Below are positions 19,828 through 29,080 of a stretch of 64,000 nucleotides of DNA, one piece after another. The position numbers and the translations under genes were made by a program. The DNA is from an uncultured Desulfospira sp. (GTDB lineage: Bacteria; Desulfobacterota; Desulfobacteria; Desulfobacterales; Desulfobacteraceae): the NCBI GenBank assembly GCA_963663165.1, contig OY760175.1, forward strand, positions 5,120,001 to 5,184,000, given 5' to 3'. The notes under the pieces were generated by a model. That model worked only from the letters and a program-made list of their open reading frames with translations. It did not search any database and was not told where the DNA came from. Position 1 is the stretch's first letter, and every line of letters begins with the position of its first letter.

Positions 19828-19873
19828 TGTTGGAGCGGGCCATGCCCGCGAATCGTCGGCATGGCCCGCTACT
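19828..19873. repeat. REP-like inverted doublet
   Basis: AGCGGGCCATGCC-cgcgaatcgtc-GGCATGGCCCGCT, preceded by tgttgg. Confidence 0.65.
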
Positions 19874-19920
19874 CAAAATCGAAATTGGTCTTAAGATTCG
19901 TTGGATTTCGACGGCCTAAC

Positions 19921-19953
19921 AAAAAAAACCGGCAGGGGAAAATCCCCTGCCGG
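19921..19953 (-). terminator. Rho-independent terminator after the ~796-aa flagellin
   Basis: ccggcagggg-aaaat-cccctgccgg with an adjacent A run (T-tract on the minus strand). Confidence 0.85.
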
Positions 19954-19982
19954 AAATCAGATGTGATCTTATTTTTGGGTGT

Positions 19983-22373
19983 TTACTGGAGCAGGCTCAT
20001 CAGGTTCTGGGTGGATGCATTTGCCTGGGCCAGTGCGTATGAACTTGTCTGTGCGAGGAGCGACAGGTTGGAGTAGGTGGACGCTTCCTCGGCAAAGTCA
20101 ACATCCCGGATGGTGGATTCCGATGCCTGGATGTTGGTCTTTGTGGTTGACAGGTTGGCAATGGTTGAAGTGAACTGGTTCTGTACCGAACCCAGGTCAC
20201 TCCTCGTGGAGTCTAGATCCGCTAAAGCGGCCTCCGCAATGGAGATGGCAAGCTGTGCCCCCTCCTGGGTCAGGACGTTGAGGTCTGCCAGCCTCAGGTT
20301 CGTGGTCTCGCTTAAGCCCACGGTGCCTGCATTGGACGTGTTGACAGCCAGCACTGAACCAGAGGCCAGCATACTGTCTTCTTCCAGGGTCATGTCAGCG
20401 GACAGAGTAATGCTGTCACCTGCTGACAGGGTGACATCGTCGGTGAGTACAGTGCCTGCTTCATACTCTTCTCCGGCAATGGTCATGGTCTGGTTCAGCA
20501 GGGTCCCTGCGGCAATGACGGTATTGGAAGACAGGGTTGAGCCCGCTTTCAGGGTCATGTCACTTGCCAGTGTTTCATTGGTGTCAGATGTAAAAGTACC
20601 GCCGATGGTAGAGCCTTCAGCAATAATACTGCTGCTTGCCAGGGTTGACCCGGCCGCCACTTCTGTCGTCGTATATGTTTCTGCGTCATATTTTACATCA
20701 ACAGAATCCCCGAGCTCAGTTCCGGCCAGCAGTTTTGACCCGCTGGTAATGGTTGAACCGGCTTGAAGAGTCATATCCTCGGACAGGATGGCTTCTGCCG
20801 AGCCAATGGTGATGTCAGCCCCCATCACGGTACCGGCATTAAGAATGGAGCCGGAAGAAAGGATGCTGTCCTTTTCCAATGTCATGTCGGCATCAAGGGT
20901 CACATCGCTTGTCAGGGTCACATCATTGCTCAGCACATCCCCAACTTCATAGGTAACTGAATTGGCCGTGAATTCAGTGGTAATCACCGTACCGGATTCC
21001 AGAATCGTACCGCTGTCCAGGGTGGAGCCTTTGGTGATCAGCATATCACTGGTCAGCGTCGCGTTTGCGGTATCCATGGTGATCATTCCACCAAGTTCGG
21101 TCCCTTCGGCCAGAACAGAATGGCTGGCCAGGGTTGAACCAGCCGTGATTTCAAAATCAAGGGCCGATTCTGAAACGTCCATATCAAGGGTGATGTCTGC
21201 CCCGATGATGGTGCCGGCACCCAGGGTTGAATTGCTGGCAATGGTGGAGCCGGCGGCAAGGATGGAATCCTCAACCGTTGTCAGGTCATTTTCGTCCACG
21301 GTGATATCCATACCGGTTGCCCCTGAACCAATCCCGGAGATCTGGAAGGTGGCGGTCCCGGACTGGCTTAAGGTGATATACCCCAGGGTAGACATCTGGG
21401 TGGCTGTGGTCCCCATGACATCAGATACGGCTCCGGTAACCTTAATAGCCCTGCCGTCGGAAGAGGTCAGGGTCATGGTGCCGTCGGAATTCATGGTGGC
21501 GGTGACGCCGTGTTCCGTACTCTTGTCGTTGATGGCGGAAACCAGAGAACCGGTGGAATCGTTGGCCAGAACTTCAATCTCTCCAATGGTGATGCCGTTG
21601 ATGGCGAATTCGGAACCGGTGGTGCCGGCGGAAATGGCCGTCCTGGTGGTTGAAGAAACCACGGCATCGGCACTGATGCCGGTGACCGAAGTGTACTTGT
21701 TGATTTCATCGGCCAGGGCACCGATACCATTTTCAGCGGCATTGTTGGCCTGGATGTCGATGGTGGCCAGTTCAATTTTTTCGCCGGTAATGGAGCTGGT
21801 GATGGTCAGCTGGGTTTCCCCGCCGGACGCACTGGCCAGGGAGAGCTGGGCCGTGCTGATATGGCCGACCTTGGTGGATTCCGTGGAACCGATGGAGATG
21901 GATGCGGTTTCCCTGGCATAGGCACCAATCTGGATGGCCTTGTTGGTGAATACGCCCGAGAGCAGTTTCTGGCCGTTGTAGGACGTGGTCCTGGCGATAA
22001 CGTCCAGTTCTTCCATGAGCTTGTCAATGTCGGCCTGGATGGCTTTCCGGGTTTCCGAGGTCTGGGAATCCGAAGCCGCCTGGATGGCCTTGGTTTTAAT
22101 GGTGTTTACAATGTTAATGGACTCTTCAAGAGCGCCGTCAGCGGTCTGTACCATGGAAATGGCATCATTGGCGTTTTTAATGGCCTGGCCAATACCAAGG
22201 TGCTGGGCCCTAAGGGAGTCGGCGATTTTCATGCCTGAGGCGTCGTCAGCGGCTTTGTTGATCCGAAGACCCGTGGAAAGCCGGTTCAGAGACTCGCTCA
22301 ACTTATTGTCATTGGAAATCATCGACTGAAGAGCCGTTAAGGATGTTACATTGGTGTTAATACTAAATGCCAT
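19983..22373 (-). CDS. Flagellin, ~796 aa (sigma28-dependent, FlaA-like)
   Basis: MAFSINTN, LSTGLRINKAADDASG, RSDLGSVQNQ, SESTIRDVDFAEE. ATG at 22373 follows AGGAGG. Confidence 0.97.
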   Translation of the reverse strand: MAFSINTNVTSLTALQSMISNDNKLSESLNRLSTGLRINKAADDASGMKIADSLRAQHLGIGQAIKNANDAISMVQTADGALEESINIVNTIKTKAIQAASDSQTSETRKAIQADIDKLMEELDVIARTTSYNGQKLLSGVFTNKAIQIGAYARETASISIGSTESTKVGHISTAQLSLASASGGETQLTITSSITGEKIELATIDIQANNAAENGIGALADEINKYTSVTGISADAVVSSTTRTAISAGTTGSEFAINGITIGEIEVLANDSTGSLVSAINDKSTEHGVTATMNSDGTMTLTSSDGRAIKVTGAVSDVMGTTATQMSTLGYITLSQSGTATFQISGIGSGATGMDITVDENDLTTVEDSILAAGSTIASNSTLGAGTIIGADITLDMDVSESALDFEITAGSTLASHSVLAEGTELGGMITMDTANATLTSDMLITKGSTLDSGTILESGTVITTEFTANSVTYEVGDVLSNDVTLTSDVTLDADMTLEKDSILSSGSILNAGTVMGADITIGSAEAILSEDMTLQAGSTITSGSKLLAGTELGDSVDVKYDAETYTTTEVAAGSTLASSSIIAEGSTIGGTFTSDTNETLASDMTLKAGSTLSSNTVIAAGTLLNQTMTIAGEEYEAGTVLTDDVTLSAGDSITLSADMTLEEDSMLASGSVLAVNTSNAGTVGLSETTNLRLADLNVLTQEGAQLAISIAEAALADLDSTRSDLGSVQNQFTSTIANLSTTKTNIQASESTIRDVDFAEEASTYSNLSLLAQTSSYALAQANASTQNLMSLLQ

Positions 22374-22523
22374 GATCAATTCCTCCTTGAATTGTTTGCA
22401 AATCGGGCGTCACTGCCCTTTTTATGGACTTGGTTTAAATGGTTAAAGTTTTGTTGCTGTCGTAAATACTTTTTCCCGGCATACCTCCTTTCGTCAAATT
22501 GGTTTGTGTTTCATGTTCATACC

Positions 22524-22550
22524 TTATCGGGAAGAGCTGGGGAAACTTTA
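22524..22550 (-). promoter_or_regulatory. Sigma28 promoter of the ~796-aa flagellin
   Basis: Minus strand TAAA-GTTTCCCCAGCTCTT(15)-CCCGATAA. Confidence 0.85.
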
Positions 22551-22603
22551 AAAAAATAAAATGAAAAAATTAAAAAAGATTACATTAATTACACAAAATG
22601 CAT

Positions 22604-22639
22604 GGAAACGGGAAGCCGGAGACTGGAGACCGGATGCGG
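22604..22639 (+). repeat. GGAGACC heptamer array ending in ccggatgcgg
   Basis: ggaaacg ggaagcc ggagact ggagacc ggatgcgg; same terminus as 3146-3184. Confidence 0.65.
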
Positions 22640-22662
22640 TGCTTTCTTCTGTTCTTTTTTTT

Positions 22663-22745
22663 ATAAGAAAGTCTCACTAACAAGCTGAAAAGACTTTCAT
22701 TATTCGTTGTGGGCGGTGCTTGGTTGGATAACCAAGGCGGCCCGT
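22663..22745 (-). repeat. ~90-bp dispersed hairpin element, copy A
   Basis: gaaagtct...agactttc and cttggttggataaccaag; reverse complement of the copy at 40637. Confidence 0.85.
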
Positions 22746-22764
22746 TTTGAGTGTGGGGTGTTTT

Positions 22765-24855
22765 TTACATGCCGGTGCCCTGCATTTCCTGGGCCCGGGC
22801 CAGCCGGGCCTCGTCCAGCCGGGTCGGAGAGATTCCGTCCGCCTCATACAGCCGTGTTTCACTGTCCCAGAGGGTCCCGTGCCACCGGCCGAAAAACTCG
22901 ATGGCCTGGCCGGGGGAAAGGGGCGGCCTTGAAAGGTCCTGGAGCAGGGTGCATTGGGGGAGAAAAATACAGGTCTCCTTATTTTGGGTTTGCTCAGCGG
23001 CTTTCAGGCAGATGTCCATGAAAGCATGGGACCCTGTTTCGGGGGTAAATCCCCCTAAATTTGCGAAAAAGTCTCTTGAAAGGGCGATAAAACCGTCCAG
23101 CATCTGAAAAGGGCGTTCCCGGTTGGCCTCGGGAAAGTCGGCAGAAAGGTGTTGGTATGCTGATATCGGTGAATGGTTTGCGTCTAACACCATGCCGGCA
23201 TGGACAATGTTTTTGAATTTGTTGATGATTTTGGCCCCAAAGATTTTGTTTTCCCCCCAGGTGGCCATCCCTTTTTTTAAATGGGTGATCCAGTGGGGGA
23301 AAGGAAAAGTCAGTTCGGAAAAAATAACCAGGGTCTTTCCACGGGCCTCTATAAGCCCTTTTAGATTCACCGTGTCAAAAAAATGGCTTCCCGGATCTGT
23401 CTGTAGCCGGATGACGTCGCCTTCAAGGGAATTTAGAACCGTCAGGGTTTCGGACGACATGTCAGGGGGCTCAATGAGTAACACCTCAAAACTATCCAGT
23501 TCCTTGCAGGTTTCTGATATGGTTTGAAGCTCAAATAAGAAATTTTTGGGATCGTTGGCCGGTACCGGGATGATAAAGGCCCAGTCAAACTTAGCCTCTT
23601 TGCCGGAAACCAGGGAAGGGGCCGTTTTTTTCCGGCCGGCGCAAATGACCTTTTCCATGATGGCCACAATTCTGTCGGTGGCCCCGGCCGGATCGGTCAG
23701 TTCATTTTTTAAAAATAAGTCAATGTCCCTATGATCGAACCGGTTTGAAAAATCCGGGGTGCCTTTTAATGCGTCTGCCAGTTCTTCGGGGGTCATTTTC
23801 AAGGCAACCTTTTGCTCGGCAAAGGAGTAGGCTGCCGGCACCTTTGGATCAAGGTCCAGTTCCACCAGGGGTTTTCCCAGGGCAATGGATTCGATGCCGG
23901 TGGTGCTTGGCTCTGACAGGATGCACAAATCACTGGCCGACATCAGATCGTAGGTGTTTTCATGGGTATGGACAAAAAGGATCTTTTTTTTCAGGTTCGC
24001 GGGGATGGAGGCTTTCCAGGACTCAACCACCGGGGTTTTGCAGGCCGGATGAAATTTGATGATCAGTTTCAAGCGGGGCTGCCCGGCAATTTCCTTGAGC
24101 AGCGGAAAAAGTTTTTCTTTTTTACAGGGCCGTGCCGAAAACAGAATCAGGGGAACAAAATAGGAGTCAAGGTCGTGCCGGGCACGCATTTTTTCCCGGG
24201 ATTTGTTTTTTCCCTGGGCTTCTTTTTCTTTTGAAATATGGGTATTGCCCACAGGAATGATTCGTTCAACCGGGGCTTCGTAATCGGCAAATTTTTTCTT
24301 GATCCGTTCTCCCCAGACCAGCCCTAAGGTTGAGTTCTGCACATGGCCGATATACCCGAAACTTTCATTGTACCCCAACCCTTCCTGGAGGGTGATAAAA
24401 GGAATATTGAATTTTTTGGCCCAAAAGGAGAATACTTTTCCCCACCGGTTTAACTCATGAAGGGCAAAGCAGATGTCCGGCTGTTCTTTTTTAATCATAT
24501 TTTTAAAGCCTGTGTATTCCTGGGCGCAGGCATAAAGGGTCTTGTCCGTAACCGTTATCATCTGGGCGGCCAGGGCAAAATCACGGGTTATGGACCGGGC
24601 AAGGACCCGGCGTTCCCTTAAATAATTTTCCTGGATATCGTTAAAATCCTCAGGGCCAAGGTACTCAAAAATATGGGTATAATTCAGATGGCATTCCACG
24701 GCCGTGATCTCCTGGCTTCTTTCGGCCTGGGCCACCACATACCGGACATCGGCCCCAAGTTCTTCAAGCTTTTCCATGACCGGAATAATAAACCGGGTGT
24801 GATGCAGAAGGGCCACAAAGGCGATGACTTTTTTATCTTTCCAGAAATTATCCAT
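22765..24855 (-). CDS. Putative two-domain glycosyltransferase (GT-B-like N-terminus, GT2-like C-terminus)
   Basis: TLQEG, LIIKFHP, STTGIESIALGKP (GT-B or sialyltransferase-like); IVHAGM and LGGF (GT2-like). Start moved to MDNFWK at 24855. Confidence 0.6.
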   Translation of the reverse strand: MDNFWKDKKVIAFVALLHHTRFIIPVMEKLEELGADVRYVVAQAERSQEITAVECHLNYTHIFEYLGPEDFNDIQENYLRERRVLARSITRDFALAAQMITVTDKTLYACAQEYTGFKNMIKKEQPDICFALHELNRWGKVFSFWAKKFNIPFITLQEGLGYNESFGYIGHVQNSTLGLVWGERIKKKFADYEAPVERIIPVGNTHISKEKEAQGKNKSREKMRARHDLDSYFVPLILFSARPCKKEKLFPLLKEIAGQPRLKLIIKFHPACKTPVVESWKASIPANLKKKILFVHTHENTYDLMSASDLCILSEPSTTGIESIALGKPLVELDLDPKVPAAYSFAEQKVALKMTPEELADALKGTPDFSNRFDHRDIDLFLKNELTDPAGATDRIVAIMEKVICAGRKKTAPSLVSGKEAKFDWAFIIPVPANDPKNFLFELQTISETCKELDSFEVLLIEPPDMSSETLTVLNSLEGDVIRLQTDPGSHFFDTVNLKGLIEARGKTLVIFSELTFPFPHWITHLKKGMATWGENKIFGAKIINKFKNIVHAGMVLDANHSPISAYQHLSADFPEANRERPFQMLDGFIALSRDFFANLGGFTPETGSHAFMDICLKAAEQTQNKETCIFLPQCTLLQDLSRPPLSPGQAIEFFGRWHGTLWDSETRLYEADGISPTRLDEARLARAQEMQGTGM

Positions 24856-26056
24856 GGGCGTTTCCTTGGGGCAACGGGCTTTGGGGCGCCACGTTGCCCC
24901 TGGCCATATCAATGAGAATCCGGGAAAGTTCCGTGTCCCCGGCATGGGTATGGATCACATGGCTGACCAGTTTTAACAGCTGTGTATCCAGCTGGACCCA
25001 GGTTTTATATCCCACTTTCGCCGGCGGAACCATGGGATCGTATATAATAGCGGGGATGCCCATGGCCGATGACACCTCCGTGATATAGCAGTCCGAACAG
25101 GCCACTGCCGCATCGGCCATGGTGATTTCCCAGGGGCGGCTTAAGTCGTGAAAAGAATATGAAAAAGATGACAGTTGTGTTTTACAGACGGTTTCAATAA
25201 TCTGCTGGTGGGTATAGCCTCCCCTGATCTGGTCCTTCCCGTAAGAAAGCATTAAATGAAGCTTTTTGGCCGCAGGCTCAAGGATTTCAAGCAGGTTTTT
25301 ATATTCATAGGTCATGGCCACGTTGTGGGGTATATAGAGAATGGTTTTTTCCATGGGGACGTCCTGGTGCTGGTACCGGACCCCTAAGCCGTTGCGCCAT
25401 ATGGGATGGGTGGCCGGGGAAAAGAATTTGCCTTCAAAGGCCGGCAGCCGCCACAGCCTTGTGGGCAGATCGGCCACCGGGCCGGACAGGTAGGCGTGGC
25501 TCTCCTTTCGGGTGGTGATGATGGCGTCCACAAGAGACGGGGCCAGTGTCCACCGGGCGGCCAGTGGAAGCAGTTCATACCCCACTATGGGCGCACGGTT
25601 GATTTTGGCCAGATGAACCCAGGAATAGAAAATCCGCTCTTCGCTTTCCGATGATCCTAACGGGGAGGGAATTTGAAGCACGATGCCGGCCACACCAATA
25701 TCTTTGGGCGGATGGACCAGGGCCTGGTAAAGGTTCCCGGAACCAAGGTCGTCCAACAGCAGGGCCTGCCGGAAGGTTAAGCCTTGGGAAAAGCCGCTGT
25801 CGCCCAACTGGTCCCGTTTTCGGCAATACCCCTCATAGGAGTTCGGTTTGCTATGGGAGGAGATCTTGAACAATACGGGGCTCAGCTTGGCCGCCATTTC
25901 TTTGATTTTAAGGTCGGTTTCCGGCACCAGAAATGTCAGGGTTAAGAATTCAGAGACCCGCTGCCGGATAAGGTTCAGGAAATCAATCAGGTGGGGGGTC
26001 ACCTGGTTGTTCTGGAGGATCCAGTAGACCACGGGTTTTGTGTTTTGTTTTGCCAT
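24848..26056 (-). CDS. Hypothetical protein, possibly GT-B fold
   Basis: 402-aa ORF overlapping the next gene; C-terminal ADAAVA...EVSSAMGIP. Confidence 0.55.
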   Translation of the reverse strand: MAKQNTKPVVYWILQNNQVTPHLIDFLNLIRQRVSEFLTLTFLVPETDLKIKEMAAKLSPVLFKISSHSKPNSYEGYCRKRDQLGDSGFSQGLTFRQALLLDDLGSGNLYQALVHPPKDIGVAGIVLQIPSPLGSSESEERIFYSWVHLAKINRAPIVGYELLPLAARWTLAPSLVDAIITTRKESHAYLSGPVADLPTRLWRLPAFEGKFFSPATHPIWRNGLGVRYQHQDVPMEKTILYIPHNVAMTYEYKNLLEILEPAAKKLHLMLSYGKDQIRGGYTHQQIIETVCKTQLSSFSYSFHDLSRPWEITMADAAVACSDCYITEVSSAMGIPAIIYDPMVPPAKVGYKTWVQLDTQLLKLVSHVIHTHAGDTELSRILIDMARGNVAPQSPLPQGNAHG

Positions 26057-26083
26057 GGGGTCGAGGTTGCCTTTGTTTCAAGG

Positions 26084-26767
26084 TTAAGCCGTTATGGTCC
26101 GGATGATGGAAAAGGCCTCAGCGCTTTCCAAGCCTGCCATGCTCCCCCGAAGACCGGCAAGGTTTTTAATGGCATCGGCCGATCTGGGATGGGGGAAGGT
26201 GCGGATTTCTCCTTCATAGGCCTTAAGGGCCTTGATTTTTTGCGCCATGAATTCTTTGGTATTAATAAAGTACTGGGGGACAAAGCCGGGGCTGATCTGC
26301 CCAAAGGACCAGTCCGTGGCTGAAAGGACTTCAAAAGCGTACAGGTGTTTTACAGGGCAGCCCGGCATGGGGCGGGTGGCGGTCAGAACGGCCCTGGCCG
26401 TTATGGAATGGTCAATATTCAGATCGCCGCCATGGTGGGTAAAAATTACCGAAGGGCGGATGTTTTCAATATAGGATTCAATTGCCTTGACAATGTTAAG
26501 CAGGGGAACCGAATCAAACATATTGTCCGGAAATGACTCAAAATAGATTTGGGATGCCCCTAAGATTTTTCCGGCGTTCCGGCAGTTTTTCCTTAATTTT
26601 TCAATTTCAAGGGCCCGGGTGTTGTCGTCCCCGGTCTGCCGGGAGGTGATTCCCTGACCTAAAATCAAAATATGCACCGGTTGCTGCTCTTCACTGAACC
26701 TGGCAATGGTTCCCCCGCATCCTAAAGTTTCATCGTCCGGGTGGGCGGCAATAATAAGTATCGGCAT
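26084..26767 (-). CDS. PIG-L/LmbE family N-acetyl sugar deacetylase
   Basis: AAHPDDETLGCGGT, THH..D.NIDH, FPHPRS. Confidence 0.9.
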   Translation of the reverse strand: MPILIIAAHPDDETLGCGGTIARFSEEQQPVHILILGQGITSRQTGDDNTRALEIEKLRKNCRNAGKILGASQIYFESFPDNMFDSVPLLNIVKAIESYIENIRPSVIFTHHGGDLNIDHSITARAVLTATRPMPGCPVKHLYAFEVLSATDWSFGQISPGFVPQYFINTKEFMAQKIKALKAYEGEIRTFPHPRSADAIKNLAGLRGSMAGLESAEAFSIIRTITA

Positions 26768-26827
26768 AGGTGTCTCTTGAATAAACTGAGTTTAAAGCAT
26801 ACTATATCTTATTAATCTGAAGTTTGA

Positions 26828-26843
26828 AGCAAATTTGGTACCA
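26828..26843 (-). promoter_or_regulatory. Sigma54 promoter of the deacetylase/GT operon
   Basis: Minus strand TGGTACCAAATTTGCT. Confidence 0.75.
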
Positions 26844-26853
26844 AAACCGGCTC

Positions 26854-26869
26854 TGGTTTGATTTTTGCT
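26854..26869 (+). promoter_or_regulatory. Sigma54 promoter of the pseB operon
   Basis: TGGTTTGATTTTTGCT (GG-N10-GC). Confidence 0.6.
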
Positions 26870-26889
26870 TTATGTGTAAGCATCACGAT

Positions 26890-26965
26890 CAAGCTGAAAA
26901 GACTTTTATTTTTTAGTTGTGGACCGGTGCTTGGTTGGATAACCAAAAACGGTCCGTGACCGTTA
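26890..26965 (-). repeat. ~90-bp dispersed hairpin element, copy B (partial)
   Basis: aagctgaaaagactttt...gttgtggaccggtgcttggttggataaccaaaaacggtccgtgaccgtt. Confidence 0.8.
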
Positions 26966-27028
26966 ACAGAACATAAATATCAATTTAAATCAACGGTGAT
27001 CATGACCCATAATCCTAAGGATGATACC

Positions 27029-28009
27029 ATGTTTGATAAAAAGGTCATACTGATTACAGGCGGGACCGGCTCTTTTGGGAAGAAATGCACCCGGATGCTC
27101 CTTGAAAGATTTTCGCCGGCCAAGGTTATCATTTTCAGCCGGGATGAACTCAAACAGCATGAAATGCGGCAGATTTTTCCCGATGGCCCCGGGTCCAGCA
27201 TCCGGTATTTTATCGGGGATGTTCGGGATAAAGACCGGTTATACCGGGCCTTTTCCGATGTGGATATGGTCATTCATGCCGCCGCCTTAAAGCAGGTTCC
27301 GGCGGCGGAGTACAATCCCTTTGAGGCGGTGAAAACCAATATTATCGGTGCCCAGAACGTGATTGACGCGGCCATTGATCAGAAGGTTGAAAAGGTCATT
27401 GCCCTGAGCACGGACAAGGCGGCCAACCCCGTGAACCTTTACGGGGCCACCAAGCTTTGCTCGGATAAGATTTTCATTGCCGGAAATGCCTATACGGGAA
27501 AAAAGGTAAAGACCGCCTTCAGCGTGGTCCGGTACGGCAATGTGGTGGGCAGCCGGGGAAGCGTGATCCCCTTGTTTCTTGAGAAGAAAAAGACCGGGGT
27601 CCTGCCGGTGACGGATAAAAGAATGACAAGGTTCTGGATCACCCTTGAGCAGGCCGTAGAGTTTGTTTTCAGTTCTTTTGAGAGCATGACCGGCGGAGAG
27701 CTGTTTGTCCCGAAACTGCCGAGCATGAACATTATGGACCTTGCCAAAGCGGTCTGCCCGGACTGCGACATAGACGTTGTCGGCATCAGGCCCGGTGAAA
27801 AACTCCATGAGGTCATGATCCCGGCGGATGAATCCCGAATGGCCGTGGAATTAGAGGACCGGTATATCATACGGCCTGATTTTGCGTTTTATAAAACCTC
27901 AGCCCGGCAGTTGGGCGGAAAACCCGTTGAAGAGGGCTTTCAGTATTCATCGGGAACCAATTCCTGGACCTTGAGCGTCAAGGAAATGGCACAATTGATT
28001 CATTCGTGA
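27029..28009 (+). CDS. pseB: UDP-GlcNAc 4,6-dehydratase (inverting) PseB
   Basis: TGGTGSFG, FSRDELKQ, HAAALKQVPAAEYNP, LSTDKAANPVNLYGATK, GIRPGEKLHE. Confidence 0.93.
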   Translation: MFDKKVILITGGTGSFGKKCTRMLLERFSPAKVIIFSRDELKQHEMRQIFPDGPGSSIRYFIGDVRDKDRLYRAFSDVDMVIHAAALKQVPAAEYNPFEAVKTNIIGAQNVIDAAIDQKVEKVIALSTDKAANPVNLYGATKLCSDKIFIAGNAYTGKKVKTAFSVVRYGNVVGSRGSVIPLFLEKKKTGVLPVTDKRMTRFWITLEQAVEFVFSSFESMTGGELFVPKLPSMNIMDLAKAVCPDCDIDVVGIRPGEKLHEVMIPADESRMAVELEDRYIIRPDFAFYKTSARQLGGKPVEEGFQYSSGTNSWTLSVKEMAQLIHS

Positions 28010-28039
28010 CGGTTAACCCGGAATTTCAGGTAAAATTCA

Positions 28040-29077
28040 ATGACCCCTGCCCCCATTAAAACCCAATTTTCTGCCATCGGACCAGACCTTCCCGTCTATG
28101 TTATTGCCGAGATCGGAAGCAACCATAACCATAATTTTGATATGGCGTGCGAACTCATTGAAAAATCAGCCCATGCCGGCGTCAACGCCGTCAAGTTCCA
28201 GACTTTCAAAGCATCCTGCCATTATTCGAAATTTGTGGGCCCCATCAGTTTGTACAAAGAAAATATTTACAAGCTCATCGAAAAGCTTGAGATTGACAGA
28301 TCCTGGCATGCCCGCCTGGCAGCGGTCTGCCGGGACCTGAAAATTGATTTTCTTGATTCTCCGTCTGATGCCGAAGCGGTCCGGATTAACCGGGACCTGA
28401 ACGTCCCATTAATGAAGGTGGCCTCCTTTGATATGGTGGACCCGCTGCTGCTCGAACTCATCTGCAAGGGGGACAACGGGGTGATCCTGTCAACGGGCAT
28501 GGCCACCATGGGTGAGATTGAAACGGCGGTCAACCTGTGCCGCAAGTTTAACAATGAAAAAATTATCCTTCTTCAGTGTACATCTTTATATCCGGCACCG
28601 CCCGGGCTGTCCAACCTGAACGCCATGAAAACTTTGGCCGGCGCATTTAATGTGATCACCGGATATTCGGATCATACCATAGGGGATCACATCCCCGTTG
28701 CTGCCGTGGCCGCAGGGGCAAAGGTGATCGAAAAGCACGCCACCCTGGATAAAACCCTTCCCGGTCCGGATCATGGGTTTGCCATGGAACCTGAGCCGTT
28801 AAAACAGATGGTGGGCAAGATCCGGGAAGTGGAAGCGGCCATGGGCAATGGCATGAAATCAGGCCCAAGGCCTGAGGAAATGGAATTCTATGTAAATGCA
28901 AGGCGAAGCATTCATGCCGCTTGTGATATCCCCAAAGGCCATCTTATTTCAAAACAGGATCTGGTGGTTAAACGTCCCGGTTCCGGGATTCATCCCGCCC
29001 ATATTCACCTGCTGGTCAACCGGAAAGCCAAAGCCGCCATCCAAAAAGACAAACCCGTGACATGGGATGACCTTTAA
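28040..29077 (+). CDS. N-acylneuraminate synthase family protein (NeuB/PseI-like) 1
   Basis: IAEIGSNHN, VKFQ, LSTGMA, GYSDHT, IEKH, and a C-terminal SAF domain (KRPGSGI). Confidence 0.9.
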   Translation: MTPAPIKTQFSAIGPDLPVYVIAEIGSNHNHNFDMACELIEKSAHAGVNAVKFQTFKASCHYSKFVGPISLYKENIYKLIEKLEIDRSWHARLAAVCRDLKIDFLDSPSDAEAVRINRDLNVPLMKVASFDMVDPLLLELICKGDNGVILSTGMATMGEIETAVNLCRKFNNEKIILLQCTSLYPAPPGLSNLNAMKTLAGAFNVITGYSDHTIGDHIPVAAVAAGAKVIEKHATLDKTLPGPDHGFAMEPEPLKQMVGKIREVEAAMGNGMKSGPRPEEMEFYVNARRSIHAACDIPKGHLISKQDLVVKRPGSGIHPAHIHLLVNRKAKAAIQKDKPVTWDDL

Positions 29078-29080
29078 CAA

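Noticed and set aside
16843..22329. Long antisense ORFs over the flagellins (e.g. 20962-21921, 20077-20766)
   Set aside because: These are shadow frames caused by codon bias in well-supported genes on the opposite strand.
22435..22482. Leader peptide MPGKSIYDSNKTLTI in the flagellin 5' UTR
   Set aside because: AGGAGG is only 1 nt from the ATG, too close for initiation; it is more likely a CsrA site.
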